Of a DNA stretch of 64,000 bases, positions 24,076 through 36,972 are shown piece after piece. A program made the translations under genes and the position numbers. The notes under the pieces are model-generated. The model searched no databases. It saw only the letters and a list, made by a program, of their open reading frames with translations, and had not been told where the DNA came from. The DNA is taken from positions 39,556,001 through 39,620,000 of the forward strand of contig NC_091986.1 of assembly GCF_044704955.1 (NCBI RefSeq), written 5' to 3'. The stretch is from Pristiophorus japonicus. Its lineage: Eukaryota. Numbering within the stretch: position 1 is the first letter of the stretch; each line of letters starts with the position of its first letter.

Positions 24076-24296
24076 TCTTTAAATGCCCTTAAATGCCCTT
24101 AAACCTCCTTTAATGCCCTTAAATGTTCCTAAAAACGCATTATAAATGCCGTTCAAAAGAGCTCCATTTTCCAAGATGTCACCGTTAACGCCGATTTCGA
24201 TGGGACTCAACTAGGTAAGGCAAGCTTTTTCAAATGGCTATTTATCATTGTCCATAAAAATGTCCTTATTGGGAAAACTCTCAAAAATGGAGTTCA

Positions 24297-24913
24297 ACAT
24301 AGAAATATAGAAAACAGGTGCAGGAGTAGGCCATTCGGCCCTTCGAGCCTGCACCGCCATTCAATGAGTTCATGGCTGAACATGCAACTTCAGTACCCCA
24401 TTCCTGCTTTCTCGCCATACCCCTTGATCCCCCAAGTAGTAAGGACTGCATCTAACTCCTTTTTGAATATATTTAGTGAATTGGCCTCAACAACTTTCTG
24501 TGGTAGAGAATTCCACAGGTTCACCACTCTCTGGGTTAAGAAGTTTCTCCTCATCTCGGTCCTAAATGGCTTACCCCTTATCCTTAGACTGTGACCCCTG
24601 GTTCTGGACTTCCCCAACATTGGGAACATTCTTCCTGCATCTAACCTGTCTAAACCCGTCAGAATTTTAAACGTTTCTATGAGATCCCCTCTCATTCTTC
24701 TGAACTCCAGTGAATACAAGCCCAGTTGACCCAGTCTTTCTTGATATGTCAGTCCCGCCATCCCGGGAATCAGTCTGGTGATCTTCGCTGCACTCCCTCA
24801 ATAGAAAGAATGTCCTTCCTCAAGTTAGTTGACCAAAACTGTACACAATACTCCAGGCGTGGCCTCACCAAGGCCCTGTACAACTGTAGTAACACCTCCC
24901 AGCCCCTGTACTC
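24297..24913 (-). mobile_element. CR1 LINE 3' fragment
   Basis: ORF 24390-24761 (LYSLEFRRMRGDLIE...FLTQRVVNLWNSLP); octamer tail. Confidence 0.93.
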
Positions 24914-26587
24914 ATTGGTTTTGACGCCGAGTGACATCACAAAAACGTTTCCAAAAAAAATTGCCCGTTATTTTATAATGACGGCATTATCGCACTAGCA
25001 AAACTAGCAAAATGGCCTTAAATTTATTTAGCACCAAAAAAAACTTTTAACACCAAAAGCTGGAGATAAATCGATCATTATGGTGGAGAATTTCTAGCCC
25101 TTTGAGAGGTACTTTGTTTTGCAGAACAGCTAAAAATCCAAGGTAAGTTATAAGCACACTTGGCTGAACTGTTGACATTGCCAAAGTCCAGATGGCCACA
25201 CCTTTGGGAACAATAGGGTGCTTGGGTGAGTTCCAGCAGGACCGAGAGACTTTCGGAGCGTATTTGGAGAGGTTAGAAATGTTTTTCACTACGACTAGTA
25301 TCGTAGAAGTCCCTGATTATGAAAACAGTAACTGGGTGCTTTTAGAAAAGAAACAGTCAATTTCTTGACTGAAGCAGGCGCCGAGGTGTATGAAACTCTG
25401 AACAATGTGCTTGTTCCCATCAAGCCGACAGAGATTCTACAGCAGTAAAGTCCTGAGCCCCTGGAAGTTGCTGAAAGTTATCATTTTGGAATTCGAGATC
25501 AATTAATTGACGAGGGTATCAATAAGTACATTGTAGCTTTAAAAAGCTATCCATTCATTGTCATTTCAGAAACTTTCAGGACCGAGATTGCGTGTATGCT
25601 TTGTTTATGGGATGAAAAATGAAACAATCAGAAGAAAATTATTGCCAACCCCTAGCTTGACTTTTGATTTAGCTTGCCAGACTGCTATGTCACTGGATAT
25701 GACCGACCAATACACCAGAAGATTTTGTGCCATTTCCAGTCATCAGACTAATGACGTGAATCACCTGCAGGTTAAAAGTAAAAGGCAGTAGGGCCCCAAG
25801 GCCTGAGTAACTGGCCAAGGTAACAGTACATTGAAGTCCTGCTATCGGTACCTGGAAAAACACATTGCTCAAAGCTGTCCATATGTAAAGGCAGAGTGTT
25901 TCTGCTGCAAAAAAATGGGCATCTTGCCAAGGCATTTCAACTGAAGAGTTCAATGCTAGAAGTAGCAATCGCCATAAACAACATATCATTGAAGAGTTGC
26001 AGCAGGACGAGGAGGTTCTAGGGATTCACGTCATCAGGAGCACGAAGGTATCTAAACAGCGATTCGCAAAGTGTCGTCATCCAAGTAGATGCTGCAGGAA
26101 CCAAAATACCTACGGAAATTGACATTGGTGCATCCATGAGTGTAGTACTGGAATCACTATATCTCGACAAGTTGAGTGATTTTCGACTGGAGAAATCGAA
26201 GATAGAGCTGCGAGGCTACACAGGAGAGCAAATCCCTGTAGTAGGATGTATCCCATACCAGTGAAAGACAAGGATCGATTTCAGAACTTGCCTCTCATAG
26301 TATTGGCAGGAGACAAGTCTGCTTTGATAGGTAGAAATTTGTTGGGATTGCAGAAGCTGGATTGGAATGAGATATTTTGTGTGGAAATGAAATTTGCATC
26401 GAAAGTTGATGTCATCAAGCAGTATCCAAAGGTGTTCTGTGAAACAGGCAGTCCATTCCAAGACTTCAAGGTGAGTGTCAGAGTGCAGAGGGATACAAGA
26501 CCAGTTTACTGCAAGCTACGTCCCATACTATACGCACTCAAGGAGAAAGTTGAGCATGAACTCAAAAGCTTAGAGACTGAGAAAATT

Positions 26588-27310
26588 GGCCCGGAAATCC
26601 CGGTTTCTCCTTCCCACGGGCGTTCAACTAGTTTTTAGAAAAAAGATGCCCACCTACCTGAAGCTGCTGCACCCACACGAGATCCCGGTCCGGAGGCCCC
26701 TCCTGACTGCGTGTTGCAGCTTGTGCACGTCGGCACGTGCGCAGGCCTGGAGCTGGAGTCACATGGCTGTGGGCAGCCAATCAGGTGCAGCATATTCTCA
26801 TTCATAGTAATCGGAGTTTCGTAAGTCTGAAACTCCTATTATTATGAATGAGAAACACCCCAAAAACATGAATAAAAGATAGAAACAATGTACATGTTTT
26901 TATTAATTTAAATTAGTTATTAATGTATTTAAAAAATATATATTTCCCTGATTTAAAAAAAACATTTTTTAAATTATGTTTTAAAATAAACTTACTGTTC
27001 TGGGAGGGTTTTTAACAATAAAATGTGTTTTTATAACTTTATTTTAAAATGTTTTTGTGTATTTTAAAACTCTTATGCCTGTAACAGTAGGCAATGCGCC
27101 TGCTCTTATCAGGCACAAGAGTTTTGAGGACATTTGCTGGGCAAAATATGCATAAATCCCGCAATCTTTCCCATGCAAATGTCCTCGCTCCCGATCTATG
27201 GATGATCTGTCAAGTCAGAAACTTGACAGATCGGAAAAAACAGCTTTTTCGATGCCTTCCCGGGTCCGTAGACACTTCGTATGGGCCCGGGAGGCCGCAA
27301 TTTCTGCCAC
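26588..27310. mobile_element. Harbinger-type MITE (hairpin-containing family)
   Basis: GGCCCGGAAAT ... ATTTCTGCCAC termini; flanks ATT and AAT; splits Gypsy pol at ETEKI|ISK; GC-rich ends, AT-rich core. Confidence 0.8.
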
Positions 27311-28193
27311 AATATCTCTAAAGTGGAAGAAGTGTTCTATTTTTCATACATTGATGAGCTGCCAGTCACAGCTGAAGAAACATGACCCTGTTATGTCAAA
27401 GGTGTATGATTACATAGCAAATGCTTGGCTAAACCAAGTATCTGAGAAAGGTATTCATCCATACTTCGTTAGTAGTAATGAATAGTGGATAAAGATTGTA
27501 GCATGTGGGGTGCAAGACCAGCACCTGGGAATGTGCGTGACCAAGAGTTTTGCACGCAGTTACTAATGGTGGCCAGATTTAGATAAAGATATAGAGTACA
27601 TAGTTAGTCAGTGTACAACATGTCAATCTCTAAGCAAGAAACCACCATCAATACCATTACAGCCATGGAAATGGTCTCCCAGGGTGTGGCAAAGGTTACA
27701 TGTGGATTTTGCTGAGCTGGAAGGACAGCAATTGTTCATCGTGATTGATAGTCATTCGAAGTGGGTAGAGATGTTTCCGATATGGAAAAAAACAACAACT
27801 AAAACACTAGACTATTTGCAAAGATTATTTTCTTCATGTGGCCTCCCAGAAGAAATTGTAACTGATAATGGGCAGCAATTTTGTTCAGATGATTATGCTC
27901 AGTTTGTGAGCAGAAATGATGTTAAACATACCAAAGTTCCACCATACCATCCTGCTTCAAATGTTGCAGCAGAACACACAGTACAAATTGTAAGATGTGC
28001 CCTCATCAACCAAATGTTGGATCCAAATCCAAAGAAATGGCAGTTGTCGTTGGACCACAAAATAGCAAATTTTCTAATTACTTATCGTAATGCTTCTCAT
28101 ACAACTACTGGTAGGACATCAGCAGAGTTGTTTCTCAAACAACAGCCACAAACCAGGTTCTCGCTGTTAAAGCCAAATTTAGTACATTCAGTA

Positions 28194-28843
28194 TGTAAGA
28201 ATAAAAGTGTTTTTTAATTGATTCTGTGTATGTATAAATGTTAAAAGTGATGATTAATGGAAAGTCCTGTTTGTGTTGAGATAAAATGGAAGCCCACAGA
28301 TTGCCAGCATGGGCTAAGTTTTGTAAGAAACAAAATGAAAGCCCCCAGAGCTGCCGCATGGGTTTTGTGTATTGGAAAGCCATTTAAACTAATCAGAGAT
28401 GGCTGAGCCAGACCAGACAGCCACATGTGTGAGGAGAGCCAATAAGGAGCTTCCCTGGAGCCAAGATCCAATTGGGATGCTTCCTGAGGACAATGGCCGT
28501 GAGGAATATAAAAAACGCAAGCCAGGAACTTTTCTCTCCTCTCTTCTCTCTCTTGGACACATGGTACGAGACATCCCTGAAGACCAGCTAATACAGCAAG
28601 CCATGTGTCCAAACCAACCAGCAAAAGGGACGTAACGTATATCACTCGTTATTATAACCTCATTGTAGCTCTGTTATAACATAATTGACAACTGTTGGTA
28701 ATGTGCATGTGTGTGTTTTTTTAAGATAACTGATCACTGCTGCTAATGTGCATGTGTGTATGTTTTTAATAAACTCTTCTAATTGTTTGGCAGGAATCGT
28801 CTCACTGTCAAATGTAAGCCCAGAGAGATTTAGAAATCCTGCA
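28194..28843 (+). mobile_element. Solo LTR (650 bp) inserted in the Gypsy integrase C-terminus
   Basis: TG...CA termini; TSD AGTA (28190-28193 and 28844-28847); TATAAAAA near 28507, AATAAA near 28768; integrase reads LVHSV|KDKRL across it. Confidence 0.85.
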
Positions 28844-29167
28844 AGTAAAAGATAAACGATTATGACAGAAAGAAAGTCATGATAGAGGTAGAGTAAGAGA
28901 GAGAAGTGTGAAGTTGAATCAGAAGCTGAGAGTGAAAAAACATCACCATAAATGGTTAAAGTGGTTACTAGGAAGAGTAGTGGTGAAAATTGTTCTTGAG
29001 TGTAATACACAGCAAAATAAAAAAAGAAAAGAAAAGACTTGCATTTCTATAGCACCTTTCACAACCTCAGGATGTCGCAAAGTGCTTTACAGCCAATGAA
29101 GTACCTTTTTGAAGTGTAGTCACTGAGCTGTGGCAGCCAATTTGCGCACAGTAAGCTCCCACCAACA

Positions 29168-29672
29168 TCATCATAGGCGGTCCCTCAAACGAGGATGACT
29201 TGCTTCCACATGAGTTCACAGTTGTTTCACTGAAGGACCCGATGACCCAGTCCTGAACTCTAGTTGAGGGGATGAAAGATGCCTGTGCGTGGATTTTTTT
29301 AACGTTGCACACCAGCCACCACACAGGCTTGACAGAGCTAGGCCTTTATCCAGTGGCAAGGGTTAACCAGGACGACTGGAGACCTGCTCTGCTACACGGA
29401 CCTAGTGCGCACACATATCGCAGTGTGGGCTGGCCCGTACTGCCCCTGGGCCCTCGGCTCTTTGGGCCCCATACCTTCATTTGTCGCACCTCCACCACGA
29501 TCTCTCACCGCTCCGCCACCATAAACATTCGCCACACCTCCGCCATGATCTCTCACTGCTCCTCCGCCACAAACATTCGCTGCACCTCTGCCACGATCTC
29601 GCATCGCTCCTCCGCCACGATCTCTCACTGCTCCTCCGCCACTAAAACATTCACAGCACCTCCACCACGATC
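29168..29672 (-). mobile_element. Non-autonomous retroelement with (GAT)n tail (probably RTE-mobilised) and internal minisatellite
   Basis: Reverse complement ends GGAAGCAAGTCATCCTCG..GAGGGACCGCCTATGATGATG; homologous to 39625-40130; about 24-bp CTCCGCCACGATCTCTCACTGCTC repeats at 29480-29670. Confidence 0.7.
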
Positions 29673-29714
29673 CTATGTAATCCTATGGTGGCCTATAGAA
29701 TGCATCTAGTAGTG

Positions 29715-30640
29715 TAATGGCACATCTATTATTTTTTAACTCGAACCAAATAGATTCTGTCCTTGGCCCCTTCAGGACATCCTCTCTCTCCAGCAATGTA
29801 ATATTGTCCTTAACCAATACTGTCACCCATCTCCTTTCTTTCCTTCCCTATCTTTCCAGGAATATTTAAAACCCAATCCTGCTCTTTTTTGAGCCAGTAC
29901 TCAGTTATCGCCACGACATCATATTGCCATGTGATTATCTGCGCCTGCAGCTCACCAGCCTTATTTACCACGCTTTGTGCGATTACACACATGCACTGTA
30001 AAATTGTCTTAGACCTTTTTGCAACAAGTGTTTAACATTTGCAATCCTTAAGTCCTTTGGCACTACCCCTGTATCTAAGGAGGATTGGAAAATTGTGGGC
30101 AGCACATCCGCAATTTCTACCCTTACTTCCCTCAATAACCTAGGGTGCATCCCATCCGAACCGAGTGACTTATCCACTTTAATTACCACTAGCCTTTCCG
30201 GTACCTTCTCTATATCTGTTTTATCTCATCCAGTAGGAGCTAGGAAAGAGATTAAAAAGGAGAACCTGAAAAGGTAGTAATCTCTGGATTACTCCTTGTG
30301 CCACAAGCTAGTGAGTATAGAAATAGGATGATAGAGCAGATGAATGCGTGACTGGAGAGATGGTACAGGAGGGAGGGATTTAGACTCCTAGGACATTGGG
30401 ACCGGTTCTGGGGATTTGGGATCTGCACAGGCTGGAAGGGTTGCATCTCCACAGAGCCGGAACCAATGTCCTCGTGAGGAGGAGGGTGGGGACGTTTACG
30501 AGTGCTGTTGGGGAGGGTTTAAACTGACTTGGCCGGGCAATGGGCACCAGGATGTATTATTAAAAAGGAGAAACAAAGTGCACAAAGGATGGGGATAGAT
30601 AGCTAGCATTAGAATAAGAAATAGCATGGTATTAGGTGGG
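29715..30640. mobile_element. Scrambled CR1 fragments: endonuclease and RT on minus (29715-30230), ORF1 esterase-like on plus (30232-30640)
   Basis: SVVNKAGEL..YDVVAITE.WL; DKSLGSDGMHPRLLRE; KVVISGLL.VP.AS..RNR.I..MNA.L..W.RREGF..L.HW..GLHL. Confidence 0.78.
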
Positions 30641-31599
30641 ATCCCACCAACAGCGATGTGATAATGACCAGACAATGTGTTTTTAGTGATGTTGATTGAG
30701 TGATAAATATTGGCCAGGAAACCGGGGATAACTCCCCTGCTCTTCATAATACTGCCACGGGATCTTTTACATCCAGCCGAGAGAGCAGGTGGTTTAATGT
30801 CTCATCCAAATGACAGCACCTCCAACAGTGCAGCACTCCCTCAGCACTGCACTGGAGTGTTAGTCTAGATTCTTGCACTCAATTCTCTGGTGTGGGATTT
30901 GAACCCACAACCTTCTGGCTCAGGGTCACGAGTGCTACCCAACTGATCCTTTTATAATGTGGAATCTGACTCCCCACCCACCTAAAAAAAACAAAAGGAA
31001 CTTTCTCACTAATGGTTACCAAATTCAAAACTGTATTAGGATCTGGTATTTTGATCTCGGTCTGTAGCCCCAGCATGCAGCCACTCAATTTGGCAGTATC
31101 ATCTGGATAAGCTCATGAGCATGAAGGAGGAAAATATCACTTAACGTAACAGGAGGTTATTCTGCTCGCACTGGGGGGTGAAATGCAGTGTGAAGTATAC
31201 CCCGACCACATTAGAAGGCTCTCAGTTACAATGCCATTTGTAAGACAATTGGGCATTGGATTCCAATTGTTTATCATCATATTATGTGCTATGTTAGGCG
31301 GCAGTTGCTACAGTGTGCATCTCATTATGGCAAACAAAACGCTGAGCTCTTGAGGGCTGTGCTATAATGAGGATGAAATCATGACTCATGTCCATGTCAG
31401 ACAGCAATCGTTAATGTCACTAACAAAAGCCTACAAAAGATGTTAAATAGAAACAAGAGGGTGAACAATCTTGATCTGCCACTCATCAAATGGCAATTAT
31501 TTAAATGATTCAAACGTATTGGCTTCTGGTGACAAATCTTTGCAACCATGATAGTTATTATTTCCCATTGAGCCAAATGGCATTATAAATGAACGGTTG

Positions 31600-31996
31600 C
31601 CAGCAATGGGTCAGTAGGTAGCACTCTCTCGCCTCTGAGCTAGAAGGTTGTGGAATCAATTCCCCTCCAGAGACAGGAGCACAGAATTCTAAGCTGGCAC
31701 TGCAGTTTAATGCTGAAGGAGAGCTGTGCTTGTTGGAGGTGCTGAATTTCAGAAGAGATGTTAAACTGCTCCCGGTGTCCTGGCCAATATTTATCCCTCA
31801 ATCAACATTATAAAAGAAACAGATTATTGTGTCATTGTCACATTGCTGTTTGTGGGATCTTACTGTGTGCAAATTGGCTGCCGCGTTTCCTATATTACCA
31901 TAGTGACTGCACTTCAAAAAGTACTTAATTGGCCATAAAGTGTTTTGGGACATCCTGAGGTCATGAAAGGCACTATATAAATCCCAATCTTTCTTT
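31600..31996 (+). mobile_element. Deu-domain SINE with internal deletion
   Basis: Head TCAGTAGGTAGCACTCT..GCCTCTGAG..AGAAGGTTGTGG; CCCGGTGTCCTGGCCAATATTTATCCCTCAA; tail GAAAGGCACTATATAAAT. Confidence 0.8.
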
Positions 31997-32446
31997 GAGA
32001 CACCAGACCAGGGATTTGCTTGGCATTTCAGAGAGAGAGGATCAAATCTTTTCCTCCTTCAGTTGGTGCCAATGACCACCCACCGCTACTCCCACCCCCC
32101 CGCCCCCCCCCTCACCATCCTATTACCTTTGAGTCATCGTTCTCCAATATCCTATGCCTATGAGGTAACTGAGACAAATGCATTGATTTTACAGCTAACA
32201 AAAAAACATTTAGCTTGACAAATCTCAAGGCTGCAATTACCAGCTGAGTTGTTTCGACATCTGCTGTGCAGCCCTGTTAAAACTCTGCTGTGGAGTATTG
32301 AGAGTGACATTTGCTTGCCATATGGGCACTGCTGACATTTCCATTTTGACAAGCACAATATACAGGGGAGTTACAGTCAAGGAACAAGACCTCTGCTAAG
32401 GTATCTATGAAAGGGTAGACACAGAGAAAATTTTTCAACTTGTTTG

Positions 32447-34112
32447 AAACATAGAAACATAGAAAATAGGAGCAGTAGCAGGCCATTCGGCCCATCGAGC
32501 CTGCACCACCATTCAATATGATCATGGCTGATCCTTTATCTCAACACCATATTCCTGCTTTTCCTCATACCCCTTGATGCCTTTTGATTCTAGAAATCTA
32601 CCTATCTCCCTCTCAAATATATTCAGTGACTTGGCCTCCACAGCCTTCTGTGGTAGAGAATTCCACAGGTTCACCACTCTCTGAGTGAAAAAATGTCTCC
32701 TCATCTCGGTCTTAAATTTCCTAACACGTATCCTGAGACTGTGACCCTTTGTTCTAGACTTCCCAGCCGGGAGAAACATCCTCTCTGCATCCAGTCTATC
32801 CAACTCAGTCAGAATTTTATATGTTTCAATGAGATCCCCTCTCATTTTTCTAAACTCTAGTGAATACAGGCCTAGTTGACCCAATCTTTCCTCATACGAC
32901 AGTCCTGCCATCCCAGGAATCAGTCTGGTGAACCTTCGCTGCACTCCCTCTATGGCAAGTATATCCTTTCTTAGGTAAGGAAACCAAAACTGCACACACT
33001 ACTCCAAGTCCGGTCTCACCAAGGCCCTATATAACTGTAGTAAGACATCCTTGCTCCTGTATTCAAATCCTCTTGCAATGAAGGCCAACATACTATTTGC
33101 CTTCCTAACTGCTTGTTGCACCTGCATATTTGCTTTCAATGACTGGTGTACAAGGACACCCAGATCCCTTTATACATCGGCACTTCCCAAGCCATCACCA
33201 TTTAAATAATACTTTGTTCTTTTGTTTTTCCTACCAAAGTGGATAATTTCACATTTATCCACGTTATACTACATCTGCCATGTGTTTGCCCACTCACTCA
33301 ACCTATCTAAATCGCCTTGCAGCGTCTTTGCATTCTCTTCACAACTCACAATCCCACCTGGTTTTTTGTCGTCAGCAAACTTTGAAATATTACATTTGGT
33401 TCCCTCATCCAAATAATTTATATATATTGTGAATAGCTGGGGCCCAAGCACTGATCCCAGTCGTAACCCACTAGTCACTGCCAACCCTAAAAAGACCTGT
33501 TTAGTCCTACTCTGTTTCCTGTCAGTTAACCAATTTTCAATCCATGCCAATACATTACCCCCAATCCTATGTGCTTTAATTTTGCACACTAACCTCTTAT
33601 GTTGGACTTTATCAAAGGCCTTCTGAGAATCCAAATACACGACATCCACTGTTGTCCCATATCCATTCTATCAGTTACATCTTCAAAAAACTCGAATAGG
33701 TTTGTCAAACCTGATTTTCCTTTCATAAATCCATGTTAACTTTGTTTTATCCCGTTGATATTATCTAAGTGTGCCATTATCATATCCTTTATAATAAACT
33801 CTAGCATTTTCCCTACTACTGATGTTAGGCTAACCATTCTGTAGTTCCTTGTTTTCTCTCTCCCTCCTTTTTTAAATAGTGAGGTTACATTTGCCACCCT
33901 CCAATCTGCAGGAACTGTTCTATAATCTATAGAATTTTGGAAGATGACAACCAATGCATCTACTATTTCCATGGCTACATCTTTTAGTACTCTGGGATGC
34001 AGATCATCAGGCCCTGGGGATTTATCGGCCTTCAGTACCATTAGTTTCTCCAGCACTATTTTCTTACTAATAATCATTTCCTTTAATTACTCTTGCTCAC
34101 TCGACCCTTGGT
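32447..34112 (-). mobile_element. CR1 LINE, 5'-truncated
   Basis: KSPGPDDLHPRVLK, DVVYLD.QKAFDKV, KFADD, QFW.PYLRKDI; (AGAAACAT)n tail. Confidence 0.93.
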
Positions 34113-35400
34113 TCCTTTGGAGTGACCAAAACTAGGGGCCATAAACAATATCCCTCTAAGCTGTGTGCGTGCGCAGCCGCGCAGTAATCTGCAAGTCCCG
34201 CGCAGGCCACTAGCAAGCTTTACCATTTGAAATACCACCATGCGCAGAAATTTAAAGAGATTGCACCTTGAAATAAACAGGCCACGCACAACGAAGACAA
34301 TTTGGGGGCAATATTGCCCATAAATATGAGACAGTCACGAATAAATCCAATAGGAAATTCAGGAGGAACTTTACCCAGAGAGTGGTGAGAATGTGGAACT
34401 CGCTATCACAGAGACTGGTTGAGGCGAATAACATAGATGCATTCAGGGGAAAGCTGGATAAACACACGAGGGAGAAAGGAATAGAAGGATAGAAACATAG
34501 AAACATAGAAAATAGGTGCAGGAGTAGGCCATTCGGCCCTTCGAGCCTGCACCGTCATTCAATAAGATCATTGCTGATCATTCCCTCAGTACCCCTTTCC
34601 TGCTTTCTCTCCATACCGCTTGATCCCTTTAGCCGTAAGGGCCATATCTAACTCCCTCTTGAATATATACAATGAACTGACATCAACAACTCTCTGCGGC
34701 AGGGAATTCCACAGGTTAACAACTCTCTGAGTGAAGAAGTTTCTCCTCATCTCAGTCCTAAATGGTCTACCCCTTATCCTAAGACTATGTCCCCTGGTTC
34801 TGGACTTCCCCAATAGCGGGAACATTCTTCCCGCATCTAACCTGTCCAGTCCCATCAGAATCTTATACGTTTCTATGAGATCCCCTCTCATCCTTCTAAA
34901 CGCCAGTGAATAAAGGCCCAGTTGATCCAGTCTCTCCTCATATGACAGTCCAGCCATCCCTGGAATCAGCTTGGTGAATCTTCGCTGCACTCCCTCAATA
35001 GCAAGAACGTCCTTCCTCAGATTAGGAGACCAAAACTGAACACAATATTCCAGGTGAGGCCTCACTAAGACCCTGTACAACTGCAGTAAGACCTCCCTGC
35101 TCCTATACTCAAATCTCCTAGCTATGAAGGCCAACATACCATTTGCCTTCTTCACAGCCTGCTGTACCTGCATGGCAACTTTCAGTGACTGATGAACGAT
35201 GACACCCAGGTCTCGTTGCACCTCCCCTTTTCCTAATCTGCCGCCATTCAGATAATATTCTGCCTTCATGTTTTTGCCCCCAAAATGGATAGGCTGATAA
35301 GGTGAAGGAGGATGGAAGGAGGCTCGTATGGAGCACAAATGCCAGCATGGACCAGTTGGGCCGAATGATCTGTTTCTGCACTGTAAATTCAGTGTAATTC
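34113..35400 (+). mobile_element. Older CR1-like 3' end (34113-34490 and 35290-35400), interrupted by a small MITE (about 34150-34312) and a young CR1
   Basis: Matches 17580-17885 in pieces; insert begins TCCCTCTAAGCTG; GGATAG repeated around the CR1 insert. Confidence 0.6.
34490..35290 (-). mobile_element. CR1 LINE 3' fragment
   Basis: Open ORF2 C-terminal frame within 34586-35338; octamer tail. Confidence 0.93.
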
Positions 35401-35464
35401 TTCATAAAAGGAAGACAAGAGAAGATCTGCTGCTAAATAAATTTATGTATGAAAGGAAAGGTAT

Positions 35465-36203
35465 GGGCTAGAAATTGACCTTGCCTCCGGAGGGCGATAA
35501 CAGGGCGCTACCGGCTTTGTGGCCGGGTGTGGCGAGAGTACTGATGCCCGTTAAATTCCCTTGGAGGTTTGCGGCCATGGTAACGCCGAGTGCCATGACC
35601 TCCTGCGCCCTGAAATCGTGACATCATTGTGCTTTGCATCACCCTGTTGGCGCCCTGGTCCCGAACTTCGGTTCCACCCCCTGCAGCATTGCCGGGCGAC
35701 AACACCGACAGCTGCAGGTGACGTTGTTAGGGAGGCTGAGTATTTGGGGAGCACTGTTTTAAGGGGATGCTGGCTGCATGAAAAATAACTCTTCTTAATG
35801 CCTAACGTCCATTTTTGAGCATTTTATTTTTTCTGCGATCGATCAGCTCTGCACTCTGCTACAGTGCTTGGGGTTGATCGCCGCAGATCACAGCTGCCGT
35901 CGGCGATGGTGGACATCACTTCAATGCAGAGCCTACAGTGATGGCCCTTCCCTTTAAGGGAGGGAAGGAGCCTCCATTCCCCGCAGCGCTGACCTCAACA
36001 TTGGGCAGTGCTGCATCACTACCACCCCTCCTGCTGGCTTTACCACTCCAAGGAAAGTGACAGCGCTTGATGCAGCGCTCTACTTCCTTCCTGGATGCTA
36101 AACCGCAAGTTCAAGTTGCAGTCTCGCGCGTAGCGCCCGGCGATACTTTTGCGCTACCGCAAAAGTTACCGCCACAAACGAGGCACTACGCAATTTCTCC
36201 CCC
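35465..36203. mobile_element. GC-rich Harbinger-type MITE
   Basis: GGGCTAGAAATTG ... CAATTTCTCCCCC; left TIR matches Harbinger copy 2; homologous to 60515-61279. Confidence 0.82.
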
Positions 36204-36297
36204 AATTGGTTGAAAATAGACAATTAGAAAAATAACTCAAAAAAAGCAAATCATTTGGAGAGGTGAGAAAAGGTAAAAAGAAACCAGAGGACTTAAT

Positions 36298-36972
36298 GGG
36301 CCTGAAATTCCAGCCTTACCGGGTCTATACAGAGTGTGTACGGACCCGGGGAGGCATCACAAAAGCTGGTTTTCGGCGCGCAAGTTCTGGCTTGACAGAT
36401 CCAACACATCTCACATGGGTGAGATTGCATTATTTGCCCATCTCTTGCCCAGCAAATGTCCTTAAAACTCTTGCTCCTGGTAAAAGCAGGAGCATAGCCT
36501 ACTTTTACCAGCGTAAAAGTTTTAAAACATATGGAAAGCGTCTAAAAATAAAATTTTTAAACACATTTATTTGTTACAAACCATGCCCACTAAGGTAAGT
36601 TTATTTTAAACCTTCATTACAAAACTTTAAAAAAATCCAAAAAATATTTTTTCGAACATATTTATTAACTTTAATTTAAATTAATGTTAAATATGTGAGT
36701 TGTGTTTTTTATTTTTTATGTTATGTTTAGTGTGGGTTTTTTTCTCATTAATAGCAATAAGAAGTCGTAGATACGGAGTTCTCATTGCTATTAATGAGAA
36801 TACTTTACTGTGATTGGTTGTCCAGTCACACGTGACTGCACCTTCTGCGTCTCCACAGCGCAGGAAGAGACGGCCTCCCCACCGGCCTCCGGGATCACCA
36901 GGTAAATTCGTAAAAAATTCTCGGGTCGGAGGTGTTCGTCTGAAAGAAGCCTCCAACTGGAATTTCAGGCCC
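36298..36972. mobile_element. Harbinger-type MITE (hairpin family)
   Basis: Perfect 16-bp TIR GGGCCTGAAATTCCAG/CTGGAATTTCAGGCCC; TSD AAT/AAT. Confidence 0.92.

Larger units (their letters stand above)
18951..25100. mobile_element. PIF/Harbinger DNA transposon, copy 2 (related family), inserted in the Gypsy 5' leader
   Basis: TIRs GGGCTAGAAATT ... AATTTCTAGCCC; flanks TTA and TTT; convergent Myb and transposase genes; carries two CR1 insertions. Confidence 0.9.
18693..29010 (+). mobile_element. Gypsy-type LTR retrotransposon: 5' LTR 18693-18865, gag about 25191-25950, protease about 26070-26370, integrase about 27500-29000; RT and RNase H deleted; hosts three inserts
   Basis: TGTAAT...ATAACA LTR followed by PBS-like TGCTGGCA; gag MATPLGTIGCLGEF..ETFGAYLERLEMFF and zinc knuckle C..C...GH; EIDIGAS protease; WQRLHVDFAE..VIDSHSKW..TDNG..PPYHPASN..AE integrase. 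Confidence 0.85.
29036..30945 (-). mobile_element. Deu-domain SINE split into 29036-29167 (tail) and 30642-30945 (head and core)
   Basis: Both halves match 7411-7852; TCCCACCAACA is duplicated at the break. Confidence 0.8.

Noticed and set aside
29480-29672. Repeats of CTCCGCCAC with short variable intervals, superficially CRISPR-like
   Set aside because: Units are about 24 bp and the intervals alternate between two related sequences; eukaryotic minisatellite with no cas genes
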